Shown here one piece after another: positions 1 through 10,860 of a stretch of 64,000 nt of DNA. The position numbers were made by a program, and so were the translations under genes. Within the stretch, counting starts at the first letter, position 1; each line of letters begins with the position of its first letter. Origin of the DNA: Malacoraja senta (lineage: Eukaryota); NCBI GenBank assembly GCA_038087875.1, contig CM075990.1, positions 11,162,001-11,226,000 on the forward strand, read 5' to 3'. Below the pieces are notes generated by a model. That model made no database searches, was not told where the DNA came from, and saw nothing but the letters and a program-made list of their open reading frames with translations.

Positions 1-467
1 TAGTCAGTAACGTGCGAGGTGAACACTTTCCTGAGTCAAGTTCCCTGAGCAAAGATAGATACAGCTGGGTGAGGCAGCATCTCTGGAGAAAAGGAATAGG
101 TTTCAGGTGTAGACCCTTCTGCAGACTGAGAGTCAGGAGAGAGAGAAACTAGAGGTCAGACAAGGTGCAAAGATCAAATGAGCTCTGGTATCAAGATTGG
201 GGGTCTGAATATGAAGTATTTACACTACATGTAGCGATGAGAGCAGGAATTTATTCTAATTTCTTACATTCACACTTACTAAATCCCGTTTTTTCTATTT
301 ACTGCAAAGTTTTGTTTCACTCTCGGCAGATGCCTTCTGATCCACAATCCCGTTCCAACATTTTCAATGTTAAACTCATATTTACTATATGGAAATTGCT
401 CAAAAGTTTAAGCTGGTTTAATAAACTTTAGATCATGTTATAGAGTAATGTGACTTGGTAGCAGACC

Positions 468-797
468 AAGGGTGGCATGGTGGCGCAGCGGCAGAGTTGC
501 TGCCTTACAGAGCTTGCAGCGCGAGAGACCCGGGTTCGATCCCGACTACAGGTGCTGTCTATACGGAGTTTGTATATTCTCCCCGTGACCGTGTGAGTTT
601 TCGCAGAGATCTTCGGCTTCCTCCCACACTCCAAAGATGTACAGGTTTGTCGGTTAATTGACTTGGTATTAGTGTAAATTGTCCCTAGCGTGTGTAGGAT
701 AGTGTTAATGTGTGGGGATCGCCAGTTGCCGTGGACTAGGTGGGCCGAAGGGCCTGTTTTTGCGCTGTATCTCTAAACTAAATAAACTAAACTAAAC
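468..797 (+). mobile_element. tRNA-derived V-SINE (HE1-like), full length
   Basis: A box TGGCGCAGCGG, B box GGTTCGATCCC, V-domain core, CR1-like tail, (CTAAA)n. Confidence 0.88.
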
Positions 798-1549
798 CTA
801 GAAGGAAACAAGAATACAGATATATAAATTTATTGCAGGCTGGCAACAAATAAAAATATTTTATAAAGCTGAGACACTGCCAAGTGTAAGATTGCCAAGT
901 GTTAAGATTCTCTCTATTTTATTTGCTAAAGAATTAATAGTGTGCGGCTGGTTTGAGATTGTAATAGGACGATATGCAAATACATTCATTACTGTTCCCA
1001 TGAGAATGAAGCTGTATTAACCCTGAGGTAAAACAACTCATTTCTACATTTCTCGCAGTATCACCCAGCTCATTAATCAGAATTTCAGGTGACTGGAAGT
1101 GGTGTCAGGCAAGATTTCATCTGAATGCTGAAAATTTTGCACATTAAATGTTGAAGCTCGTAACAGAATTCAAATAGGTCCACTGTATACCTTTTCATGG
1201 TGAAGTCTTAAACCATTGAACCATTCCAGCACAATCACCTCTTAGGCTGAAAATACCACCAAAAAAGGCTGCCTCAATGTGGAAATCATTTCACCTCGTA
1301 TATTCTTTTTAACATTTTGACATTTTTCCACGTGTCTATTCAGAGAGAATATTTCTCGTACAAAAAATTAAATGAAACGTCTTACTGGAAAGATTTTTTC
1401 CATGTGTACAAATATTTGGTGACATTTTTTCCAGACCCTTCAATTGACTTTGTATTTACAATAGACATTGGGTTCATATCTGATTCTGTTGATCCTGGAA
1501 AATAGTGCACAGACTCAGAATTCCCGATGACATCCAGGGGGATATTTAG

Positions 1550-1850
1550 TAGTTTAATTTTATTTTGAGATACAGCGCAGAAACAGGCCCTTTGGCCCAC
1601 CGAGTCTGCTATCCCCGCACACCAATATCCTACACTAAGGACAATTTTTTTACATTTAGACCTACAAACCTGTACGTCTTTGGATTGTGGGAGGAAATCG
1701 AAGTTCTCGGATAAAACCCACGCAGGTCACAGGGAGAACGTACAAACAGTGCGCAGACAAGCACCCGTAGCCAGGAGCAAACCCGGGTCTCTGGCGCTGT
1801 AATTGCTGTAAGGCAGCAGCTCAACCTCTGTGCCACCGGGCCGCCCAGTT
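1550..1850 (-). mobile_element. V-SINE
   Basis: Reverse complement of the 468-797 family. Confidence 0.85.
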
Positions 1851-1924
1851 GAAGAGGGAGCCCATGTTGCTCTTTTGCTCTACCGTTTATCATCTCGTGT
1901 AAGAGATGATTATTGTTGTAAGTA

Positions 1925-2522
1925 CAGTCCAACATTATAACAGAGCATAGTGGGGAAGGGAGGGTGGGAGGTGGGGGTGGGGATGATGGTGGGGGAACTG
2001 TGTCCATTGTTGCTGCTTGTCCGCTATAACCATCTGAGGTATTATTATTGTGTGTAGTTCTTCAGGCCGCTGCCACCAATAGAATGCACTGGATCACCAT
2101 GGGGCTCCCTCCCCTCTCACCAGCTGCCCTTTCTTCCTGTCGGCCATCGCTTTGTCCTCTCCCAGCGGGGAGAAAGAGGAGGAGGTGGCAGTGAGACCGA
2201 GTGGATAAAGTAATGGGACGACAGAAAAGAAGCGACAGGTAATGGGAGGGGAGGGAACCCCACAGTGACCGAGGGCGTCCTGTCGGTGTCTGCAGCCTGA
2301 AGAACACTGTCACCAGGGGGCTACAATATGAGCCGCAACAAGAACCATCTCAAGCTGACCATACAGTGGGTAAAGAAGGGGTTGCTGGTGCACCTTGCGA
2401 GCCAGGGGTAGCGTCAGATGCCGGCATTGGAGATGTCCATGCGAGCCGGGGTGGCGTCGGCTGGTCCGAACGCTATAACCAAAATCCATTATAAAGAGGT
2501 CCGTTAAATCGAGGGCTTACTG
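1925..2522. mobile_element. Tigger/pogo-like non-autonomous DNA transposon (decayed)
   Basis: TA-CAGT...TTATAAC at the left end; CGCTATAAC/CCGTTA subterminal motifs and ...CGAGGGCTTACTG at the right end. Confidence 0.55.
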
Positions 2523-3409
2523 TGTATGGCACAACTTTGTTACTACAACCACTAATGTGTTTCTCATTGGGACAGTGGTAAGAACACTATGATTAGAAAA
2601 CTTGGTTTATATCTTTACTAGCACAGCGAACACAGTATTGTGCATGCAACTTTGCATCCAATAATTCCTCATTTTAAACTTCCATGAATGGCACAAAAAT
2701 GTTCTGAAACTCTTGCTTTAGATTGAATATTGAAGTTATGAGGTATTCCTATTCTTCCTCTGAAGATCATTTGAAATGTTTTTTCAACATTTTATGTTCT
2801 CAATAAACAAGGTCCTACTCTGCCAAGGTTATGTTATTTGCTAATTAATCAGACTGAGAATTTTTTAGAATGCAGACATGTTAATCATTCTCTTTTTAAG
2901 TTGAATATTTTTGAAAGCATTCAGAAGAAAAACATTTCTATTGCTTTTAAATTTTACAACTGTCCTTATAAATACTTTAAGCAAGGTGGAGGACACTATG
3001 ACAATAATGCCTTGAAATTATTAAAAGTTTGCTGTGTTACCTAAGCATGATGTTCAGTCTAGATACATTTAATGAAAATTGGATTTTAAATATAATTAAG
3101 AACAACAGCAGTATTCAAATTAAAAAAGAGAATGATGAACATGTCTGCTTTCTGAAAAAATCTCAGGCTTATTAATTAGCAAATAACATAAGCTTGGCAG
3201 GGCAGGACTGTTTATTGAGAACATAAAATGTTAAAGAAACAAGTTTCAAATGACCTTCAGAGGAAGAGTAGGAATACCTCACAACTTCAATATTCAATCT
3301 AAAGCAAGAGTTTCAGAACGTTTTTGTGCCAGTGATTTTTGTTCTCCATCTCCCCTCACTGAGCCTGACGTCGTGAGTTACACTCTGCTGTTGATAATTG
3401 TACATAAAT

Positions 3410-3835
3410 ACAACATGGAAGGAACAGGCCCTTGCGCCCATTGTGTTTGTAAAAAACCTGATGCAAAGATAAACTAATCTGACTGTACATGATCCAATTC
3501 CCTCCATTCTTTGCATATCCATGTGCCTATCTAAAAACCATTGAAACACCACTATCATACTGTTTCCACCACACTCCTGGCAGTGCGTACCAGGCACCCA
3601 CCATCCTCTGTGTAAAATAAATTGGCCCACACATCTCCTTTAAACTTTGCCCCTCTCAATTTAAAACTGTGTCCTCTAGACTTTGACATCTTCAACCTGT
3701 GAAAAAGGTTATGACTCTCTAACCTATCTTTGGCTGTATATTTATATTCAGTCTTCCCTCAACCTCTGGCATTCCATAGAAAAGAATACAGGTTTGTCCA
3801 ACCTCTCTTTGTATCTAACACCCTCTAATCCCAGG
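3410..3835 (-). mobile_element. Old CR1 3' end
   Basis: Reverse-strand CR1 tail and QRMVGAW.ALP motif. Confidence 0.7.
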
Positions 3836-4395
3836 GGCAAATACCGGGCTACTTCTCCTGTGCAGTACTTAGGGAATGCAATGTTTCAAATGACGTCTTC
3901 CACCAAAGCTCCGATTCCTCTAACATACATAGGTAAACAATTCAATGCAAGTTTTTTGAAGAACTCAAGCGTTGTCTCAGGCTTACGGATGAGAAATAGA
4001 GGGATGCTGTTCCCATTAGCTGAAGGCTGAAGAACCAATGGAACAGGTTGCAACATTTTGTATGATAGATAGAAGGGAGATGTGAAGAAACTTTTAACTT
4101 AGAAAAGTTAAAGTTGCTGCCTGTAAATATGATGGAAACGAGAATCAACCAGGGCTTTCAAGAGGAAATTGCAAAGGCACTTGAGAAAAAATGAATAAGA
4201 TAATGTAAGGCCTTGGGGAATAAGGGAGAATGGGACTGACTGGATTGTTTGACTAGGTACTGTCACAAACTGAATAGCCCCTTATGCCATTGCCTTCTGA
4301 AGGCAACATCCTGATTGTATAACTTCTTTTGGCACTGTTGGTTTAAAGGACTCACAATGAACTTTTCCTATCAGCAATTTATTGGAAGACATTTT

Positions 4396-4599
4396 TGTAG
4401 ATGATATATGCATGTGCCTTTAACATAGTGACCTCATACCTACTAACCACTCCCCATATCACAAGTATAACTACAACCTCCCCACCCACAGATCGCTCTC
4501 TAGTTCCTGTGACAGACCACGTACAGCTAGTGTAATATGTAATGCTCCAGTATGAATAAAGATAGTAAAGTAACGATGTGTCATTATAGCTTCTTTACA
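4396..4599 (+). repeat. 5' LTR
   Basis: TGTAGATG...TTTACA, direct repeat of 8925-9128, contains AATAAA. Confidence 0.97.
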
Positions 4600-4607
4600 T
4601 GGTGTCA
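4600..4607 (+). promoter_or_regulatory. Primer-binding site (TGGTGTCA, probably tRNA-Leu)
   Basis: Immediately follows the 5' LTR and is complementary to the ...UGACACCA 3' end of vertebrate tRNA-Leu(CAA/CAG); only 8 nt match. Confidence 0.7.
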
Positions 4608-4695
4608 TACCTCTTACCTTGCGCCTCCTGTCTATCGGTTTATCATTTAATTTTGTCCCAGTTTTTTGTTTCCCCTGCCTTCTCATTTCCTCGTT

Positions 4696-5775
4696 ATGGC
4701 CACTTCTGCCCGTAAGCCTGATGTGCTCGTTTTCGATTCAGACATTGCCCATCGATGGGATGTCTTCAAACGTGACTTTGACCACTATGTCACGATCGCT
4801 CATCCTGCCGCCACCCCAGAGCTCAAAGCCTCTCTGCTTCTCAACTTGGCTGGTCCCGAGGCCCTGGCTCGCTCAGACTTCTTCGTCTACGCTGCGGGAG
4901 AATCTGCTCGGGACCCGGTATGTCTGGTGGCTAAGTTTAATGCTATTTGTGACATTCCAACAAACTGCATCTTAGAACGTTTTAAACTGTTTGCGCAGCG
5001 TCAGCTCCCTGGGGAATCTGCAGAGAACTATGTCTCTGCGCTGCGACACCTGGCCAGGCGCTGCCGCCTCAACACGTTGACCCCCGAGGAGATTATTAGG
5101 GATCTTCTGGTTTACGGTCTCTGCGATGATAAGCTCAGGGTCGAACTTTTGCGGAGGCCCGATCTGACTTTCAACGATGCGATGCACGCCACCCGCTTAG
5201 CTGAGGCTGTCACCTCGGCGGTGTCACCGGCTGACCAGGAGATTAACCTTGCCAGCACTTCCAGCCGTCTGATGAACACGCCCCGGTCGCAGCCCCCGGG
5301 GTCGCTCGCTGCTCAAGGGGGACGTGCCCCGGGGTTCGGTACTGCTCCCGGGGGACGTGCCCGGCAAAGGTGCCCTAATTGTAACTTCACCACTCATCAA
5401 TACAATGTGTGCCCTGCCTTGGGTAAAACGTGTAATGTCTGCAAGAAATTGAACCATTTCGCTGCGGCCTGTCGTTCCCGTGGGAAGCCTTTCGCTGCTC
5501 CGAGGTGCAATTTAAACAACCTGTTACAAACTGATAGTGAGCTCAGCTCCCCGTGCTATTTCGACGGACAGTCTGTATCTGAATCCGACTCCTCTCAGGG
5601 GGAGAACAGCCTGTTTACTGTGTTGGGCGCACCTGCTATGATAACAGACCCTTCAGTGCGAGTAACTGTGGACAACTCGACCTTCACTGCTAAGATTGAC
5701 ACCGGGGCAGTTGTGAACGTTATGTCAACAATACTCTTCAAAAAGATAAGAACTAATGAGCAGATTTTTTTCTGA
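4696..5775 (+). CDS. gag: Gag with two CCHC zinc knuckles plus N-terminal part of the aspartic protease
   Basis: ATG at 4696; CPNCNFTTHQYNVC and CNVCKKLNHFAAAC (CX2CX4HX4C); protease motif IDTGA; ends at a frameshift in the T7 run 5765-5771. Confidence 0.92.
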   Translation: MATSARKPDVLVFDSDIAHRWDVFKRDFDHYVTIAHPAATPELKASLLLNLAGPEALARSDFFVYAAGESARDPVCLVAKFNAICDIPTNCILERFKLFAQRQLPGESAENYVSALRHLARRCRLNTLTPEEIIRDLLVYGLCDDKLRVELLRRPDLTFNDAMHATRLAEAVTSAVSPADQEINLASTSSRLMNTPRSQPPGSLAAQGGRAPGFGTAPGGRARQRCPNCNFTTHQYNVCPALGKTCNVCKKLNHFAAACRSRGKPFAAPRCNLNNLLQTDSELSSPCYFDGQSVSESDSSQGENSLFTVLGAPAMITDPSVRVTVDNSTFTAKIDTGAVVNVMSTILFKKIRTNEQIFF

Positions 5776-6907
5776 CAGCTCAACTTTGCATGCCTACGGG
5801 AGAGCGATTCTTACTCCTGTGGGCAAGGCTATGCTAAGCTGCAAGATACTGGAGTCCTCTCGGACCCTCACCTTCTATCTCCTCGATCAAAAATGCATTA
5901 CCCTGCTGGGTATCCGGGCATGCCAGGAAATGGGCCTGGTATCCTTCCACCGTGACATTCACCAGGTGCAGGCCCTCATGGACCCGTTGGCCGAATATCC
6001 CGACCGCTTTGATGATGAGCTGGGCAAACTGCCCTGCAGCTACAAGATTGCAGTAGACCGCAAGGTCGAACCAGTGGTCAATGCACCTCACCGTGTCTCC
6101 TTCGCCATGAAGTCCAGAGTGGAGTCGACGCTACACAGTATGGTAAAAATGGGCATCCTAAAGGCGGTCATCGAGCCCACCAGGGGGGTCTCCACCATGG
6201 TTGTTGCCGCGAAAAAGGACAAAAGCGAGATACGCATCTGCATCAACCCCAAAGACCTCAACCTGGCCATTAGACGCCCACACTACCCTATGCGAACGGT
6301 AGAGGAAGTCGCTGCACAGGTTGGTCCGGCAACGTTTTTTTCTGTCCTCGATGCCAAAAGCTCCTTCTGGCAAATACCACTTGACGAGCTGTCCTCCATC
6401 TTGACAACTTTCGCCACCCCCTTCGGCAGATTTCGGTTTCTCCGAATGCCATTCGGAATCAACTCTGCCAGCGAGGTATTCCAACGGACAATGGAACAGC
6501 TCTTTTCAGATCGACCGTGCGCCATCATCGTTGACGACATCCTCGTTTACGGTAAGGATGTCGCCGAACACGATTTCAACCTCCGCCAGGTCCTGGACCG
6601 GGCCTGGGAAATCAACTTGAAACTGAACCCCAAGAAGTGCCGATTTCGCGTCCCGGAGGTCACCTATGTTGGACATGTATTCACCGCCGAGGGGCTGAAA
6701 CCGGACCCGCAAAAAACGGCTGCCATTTCCGGGATGCCTTCTCCTACTAATGAGGCAGGCCTACAACGCTTCCTGGGCATGGTAAACTACCTGGGGAAGT
6801 TCATCCCCGACCTCAGCGAGCTCAGCGCTCCCCTGAGGGATTTGATAAAAAAAGGACACGTCCTGGGTTTGGTTCCCCCACCACCAGAAAGCCTTCGACA
6901 TCCTTAA
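5756..6907 (+). CDS. pol: Pol segment 1: protease C-terminus and reverse transcriptase
   Basis: IRICINPKDLN, LDAKSSFWQI, RMPFGI, IIVDDILVYG, LQRFLGMVNY; frameshift in the A7 run 6847-6853. Confidence 0.92.
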   Translation: MSRFFSDSSTLHAYGRAILTPVGKAMLSCKILESSRTLTFYLLDQKCITLLGIRACQEMGLVSFHRDIHQVQALMDPLAEYPDRFDDELGKLPCSYKIAVDRKVEPVVNAPHRVSFAMKSRVESTLHSMVKMGILKAVIEPTRGVSTMVVAAKKDKSEIRICINPKDLNLAIRRPHYPMRTVEEVAAQVGPATFFSVLDAKSSFWQIPLDELSSILTTFATPFGRFRFLRMPFGINSASEVFQRTMEQLFSDRPCAIIVDDILVYGKDVAEHDFNLRQVLDRAWEINLKLNPKKCRFRVPEVTYVGHVFTAEGLKPDPQKTAAISGMPSPTNEAGLQRFLGMVNYLGKFIPDLSELSAPLRDLIKKGHVLGLVPPPPESLRHP

Positions 6908-7325
6908 GTCCAAGCTAATCAGCACCCCCACACTCAAGTTTTTTGACCTGCAGCGTCCCATTGTCCTCACCTGCGACGCCTCTCAGTTCGGACTCGGTGC
7001 CGCCTGTCTCCAGGTCCATGACGGCCTACAGCTGCCTGTCTCCTTCGCATCCCGCACCATGACCACCACCGAACAGCACTACGCGCAGATCGAGAAGGAG
7101 CTACTGGCCGTGGTGTTTGCCTGCTCCAAATTCAAAGACTACGTCCTGGGCAGCACTTTCACCATTGAAACTGACCACCAGCCGCTTGTCACCATTCTCA
7201 ACAAGTCGATCCATGTTGCCTCATCCCGCCTGCAGCGCATGATGCTGCAGCTCCAATGCTTCACGTTCGATGTGGTTTATCATAAGGGCAAGGACATGTT
7301 CGTGACCGACACGTTGTCTCGCTAA
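6852..7325 (+). CDS. pol: Pol segment 2: RNase H
   Basis: Open frame KDTSWVW...LTCDASQFGLGA...YAQIEKELLA...ETDHQPL...DTLSR, with the D-E-D-D catalytic set present. Confidence 0.9.
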   Translation, partial: KDTSWVWFPHHQKAFDILKSKLISTPTLKFFDLQRPIVLTCDASQFGLGAACLQVHDGLQLPVSFASRTMTTTEQHYAQIEKELLAVVFACSKFKDYVLGSTFTIETDHQPLVTILNKSIHVASSRLQRMMLQLQCFTFDVVYHKGKDMFVTDTLSR

Positions 7326-8641
7326 CGTCCACCGTTCGCCACCCATATGAGATGTCTGACCTAATGGTGCTCCAAGTGAACATCGTCCCTTCACAGCAGA
7401 TGAAGTCCCTGGTTGAACACACTACTAATGACCCTGCCCTGCAACAGCTTTCTGCCGTCATCCAGCGGGGCTGGCCCGACCGTCGTTCCGCGTTGCCGGC
7501 TGGCGCCGTGCCCTACTTCCTGGTCCGTGACGAGCTCGTACTACACGACGGCGTGGTGGTGAAGGGTCACAAGGTGGTTGTGCCTGCTGTGCTGCACGAC
7601 CACTATTTTCAGGTCGCTCACCGCGGACATCCTGGGGCCGAAGCCACCGTGTCTCTCGCCCGGAGCCAGTTCTATTGGCCGGGTATGGCCCAATACATCC
7701 AGGAGAGGGTCTCCTCGTGTTCCACCTGCAACAGTCTCGCCCCCCACCAGCAGCGCCAGCCGCTTCTGCAGCAGCCTGTGCCCGAACTGCCCTGGATGGC
7801 GGTTGCCATCGACATTTTCGAGTGGCGGGGCAAACACTTCCTGGTTCTCGTTGACTCCTACTCCAGCTGGTTCGAGGTCGACCGGCTGCACTCCCTAACC
7901 TCTTCGGCCATCATCGACAGGTTATGCCCTCATTTTGGCACTTTTGGTTCCCCGGCAAGCCTGCAGTCGGACAATGGCAGCCAGTTTACGAGCTCCGAGT
8001 TTAAAGCTTTCGCTTCCAGATTGAACTTCCACCATTTCACCAGCAGCCCGGAGTACCCGCAAAGCAACGGTCTGGCCGAGCGTGCCGTCCGCAGTGCAAA
8101 GAACCTGCTGGAACAATGTCGTGGTATTAACTCCGATTTCTATCTGGCCCTCCTCAACCTCCGCAACATTTCCCGCGACTCTGCCATGGGTTCCCCTGCT
8201 CAGCGGCTCATGTCTCGCGCTACCAGACTCCCGCTCCCTGTGGCCCAGCGCTCCCTCATACCGTCTGTCCTCACGCCTGCGGCGGTTCAGAAACGCATTG
8301 CTTTCAGGCACGATGTCCAGAAGCGTTCCCATGACAGGTCCTGCCACCCGCTGCCGCGCCTCTTCCCCGGTCAAGTTGTCCGCATGCAGACCCCTTCCGG
8401 TCACTCCAAGCTCGCTACCGTCGTCGGCTCTGCGGGGTCGCCCAGGTCTTATCTCGTCGACCATGCGGGAGCCATTTACCGACGGTCCCGCCAGCACCTT
8501 CGGATCGTCAACGAGCCGCGTCCTCCTGCCGCGGATCCCTTTGCTCCCCCACTGCCGTTTTCGTGTCCGGGCGTTGATCTGCCCGTCCTTCCTAACATGC
8601 AACGGTCTACACCACCTTCCATCCCACCCTACTCCGGCTAG
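7322..8641 (+). CDS. pol: Pol segment 3: integrase (HHCC + DDE)
   Basis: AHRGHPG...CSTC, DIF, SDNGSQF, PQSNGLAER; the Pro-rich C-terminus continues in the +1 frame to RTQSGRLVKPPVRYGDFV* (8855). Confidence 0.92.
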   Translation, partial: LTSTVRHPYEMSDLMVLQVNIVPSQQMKSLVEHTTNDPALQQLSAVIQRGWPDRRSALPAGAVPYFLVRDELVLHDGVVVKGHKVVVPAVLHDHYFQVAHRGHPGAEATVSLARSQFYWPGMAQYIQERVSSCSTCNSLAPHQQRQPLLQQPVPELPWMAVAIDIFEWRGKHFLVLVDSYSSWFEVDRLHSLTSSAIIDRLCPHFGTFGSPASLQSDNGSQFTSSEFKAFASRLNFHHFTSSPEYPQSNGLAERAVRSAKNLLEQCRGINSDFYLALLNLRNISRDSAMGSPAQRLMSRATRLPLPVAQRSLIPSVLTPAAVQKRIAFRHDVQKRSHDRSCHPLPRLFPGQVVRMQTPSGHSKLATVVGSAGSPRSYLVDHAGAIYRRSRQHLRIVNEPRPPAADPFAPPLPFSCPGVDLPVLPNMQRSTPPSIPPYSG

Positions 8642-8913
8642 TCCTCGCTCGCCTGCCCGCACTCTGCCCGCTCCTGATCCCGCATCACCTCCGGTTCTGG
8701 TGCCGCGGTCTCCTCTGTCTCCTCCCGTTTCCCCCTTTCAGGTTCGTCTGCCCCCATCGGTGCCTCTTCTTCCTGCCGGAAGGGAGGATGGCGAGATGCG
8801 AACCCAGTCGGGACGTCTTGTCAAACCGCCTGTCCGCTATGGCGATTTTGTTTAACTGTCCTAGCGCATGAGCCGTGGTCGCCCTGTCACTATTGTATTT
8901 GCCTGTCATTTCC

Positions 8914-8924
8914 AAGGGGAAGGA
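8914..8924 (+). promoter_or_regulatory. Polypurine tract
   Basis: AAGGGGAAGGA directly upstream of the 3' LTR. Confidence 0.9.
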
Positions 8925-9128
8925 TGTAGATGATATATGCATGTGCCTTTAACATAGTGACCTCATACCTACTAACCACTCCCCATATCACAAGTATAAC
9001 TACAACCTCCCCACCCACAGATCGCTCTCTAGTTCCTGTGACAGACCACGTACAGCTAGTGCAATATGTAATGCTCCAGTATGAATAAAGATAGTAAAGT
9101 AACGATGCCTCGTTATAGATTCTTTACA
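8925..9128 (+). repeat. 3' LTR
   Basis: 5 substitutions relative to the 5' LTR over 204 bp, no indels. Confidence 0.97.
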
Positions 9129-9921
9129 ATTTTCAATACAAGCTCGTGACAAAATGATGTTATCAGGCCCTAGAGAGGAGGTGAAGGCAATCTACTGTAT
9201 AATCTAATTCTCTCCTCCTTGGCAGAATGTGAACAATGCACAACTCTTCAATGTAGAGCTGTGGGTTCAAGGTGAAAAGACTCATCTGATCCTACCATTG
9301 GAATTACGAGAGGCTCTTATTTACCTATCATTTTTCACTGTATCCCAGAGTACTATCCAGATAAAGAAGAATTCTCTGGAGTGTCGCCACTGTCGTAATG
9401 TAGCAATGGTGCAGTGTATTTATGCTCAGCAAGCTCCACAGCATGCCGGAGGATGAGGGGAGACTGAATATAAGTATACAGCCATAGATATACAAGGTAC
9501 TGCAGTTGCAGGAAACTTGAGAAAAAAACAAAGCAGTGGAGTAACTCAGCAGGTAAGCAGCACCAAGGAGGAAATGGATAGATGACATTTCAGATCGAAA
9601 CCTTTCCTAACTTGGCACCAACCTGAAACATCGCCAATTCATTCCCTCCACAGATGCTACCCATCTGCTACGTTGCTCTAGCACTTTGTGCTTTACTCAT
9701 ACATTCTGCAGATGCAGGTTGACGGATCAGTATTGTGCTGGGATCCCAGGATGGTTGTTTCGGCCTCTTTCAGAAGAATGGTGATCGATCTTTTGCATTT
9801 GGATGAGAGGGCAGACAGGTAACTGATTTCAAGTTCCACCTGAACAACAGTACTGCAATAGTGCCTCAGCGACACTTCTTCACTCACGTTTCTGATGTAG
9901 GATATGAACACTGCCTTCCCA

Positions 9922-10037
9922 GTTTAATGTTTTATGTGTCATACCTAACTGTCACTGTATGTCATGTTGTCACTTGCGGGCGGAGCACCAAGGCAAATTC
10001 CTTGTATGTGAATACTTGGCCAATAAACGTATTCATT
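9922..10037 (+). mobile_element. Short retroposon 3' end (3 copies in window)
   Basis: GCGGAGCACCAAGGCAAATTCCTTGTATGTGAATACTTGGCCAATAAAC also at about 31270-31400 (-) and 48617-48750 (+). Confidence 0.8.
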
Positions 10038-10464
10038 TTGCGCTGAGTAAGGCACCCAGTGACTTAAATCATGTGAACACATTATGCTCTATTAATCCAA
10101 ATCTTATGCAGTCTCTTAAAGTACATTGTTTGCAAACGGTCTTCATCAATGTAGGTAGCTGGAGATAGCTGAAGTCTCAAGCGGATTAAGCAAATGTAAA
10201 GCAGACACCCATTTCATTATCAACCAACCTACTCTCTCACCCAAGAATAACTTCTCTCTTCCAACTCAAATGGTCTTTGGTCTGTCTGTGTCTAGTGTCG
10301 TCTCATGTGATTATTTTTAACACTAATCTGACGAAGTAACCTTATAGAAGTTGGAAAAGGTGCAGACGAGATTCATCAGGATGTTACCTGGGCTTATGGG
10401 CTTGGCTTTTAGGGAGAGGTTGGTTTGGCTGGTACTTTTTTTGCATGGAAGGTTGGAGGTTGAG

Positions 10465-10860
10465 GCTCTGACCTCCCCACCATCGAAGGGATTTATCGGA
10501 GTCGCTGACTCAAAAAGGCAGCCAGCATCATCAGAGACCCACACCATCCTGGCCTCACACTCATTTCCCCACTGCCTTCGAGAAGAAGGTACAGGAGCCT
10601 GAAAATTATAACATCCAGGTTCAGGAACAGCTTCTTTCCTACAGCCATGAAGCTATTAAACACTACAACCTCAAATAAGCTCTGAACTACAATAGACTAT
10701 TATTATTATTATTATTATTATTATTGCACTACTATTGTTTGTTTTTTGAGTATGTGTGAGTGTGTTTACATATTCTGTTGTGCTGCAGCAAGTAAGAATT
10801 TCATTGTTCTATCTGGGACATATGACAATAAAACACTCTTGACTTGATTCTTGACTCTTG
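10465..10860 (+). mobile_element. Rex1/Babar LINE 3' end
   Basis: KKAASIIRDPHHPG...LPSRRRYRSL...SRFRNSFFPTAMKLLN; AATTTCATTG...TGACAATAAA and (CTTGA)n tail. Confidence 0.8.

Larger units (their letters stand above)
4396..9128 (+). mobile_element. Full-length Ty3/Gypsy LTR retrotransposon (Mag-like), recently inserted, frameshifted
   Basis: Two 204-bp TG...CA LTRs, 5-bp TSD ATTTT (4391-4395, 9129-9133), PBS and PPT present, domain order gag-PR-RT-RH-IN, CpG-rich interior. Confidence 0.97.

Noticed and set aside
478..545. tRNA-like A/B box sequences as tRNA genes
   Set aside because: They are SINE heads followed by the V-domain and LINE tail; no complete cloverleaf
7922..8662. 246-aa antisense ORF and 257-aa alternative-frame ORF in the Gypsy element as env/accessory genes
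   Set aside because: They are shadow ORFs of GC-rich integrase sequence; only the end of 8082-8855 is the frameshifted Pol C-terminus
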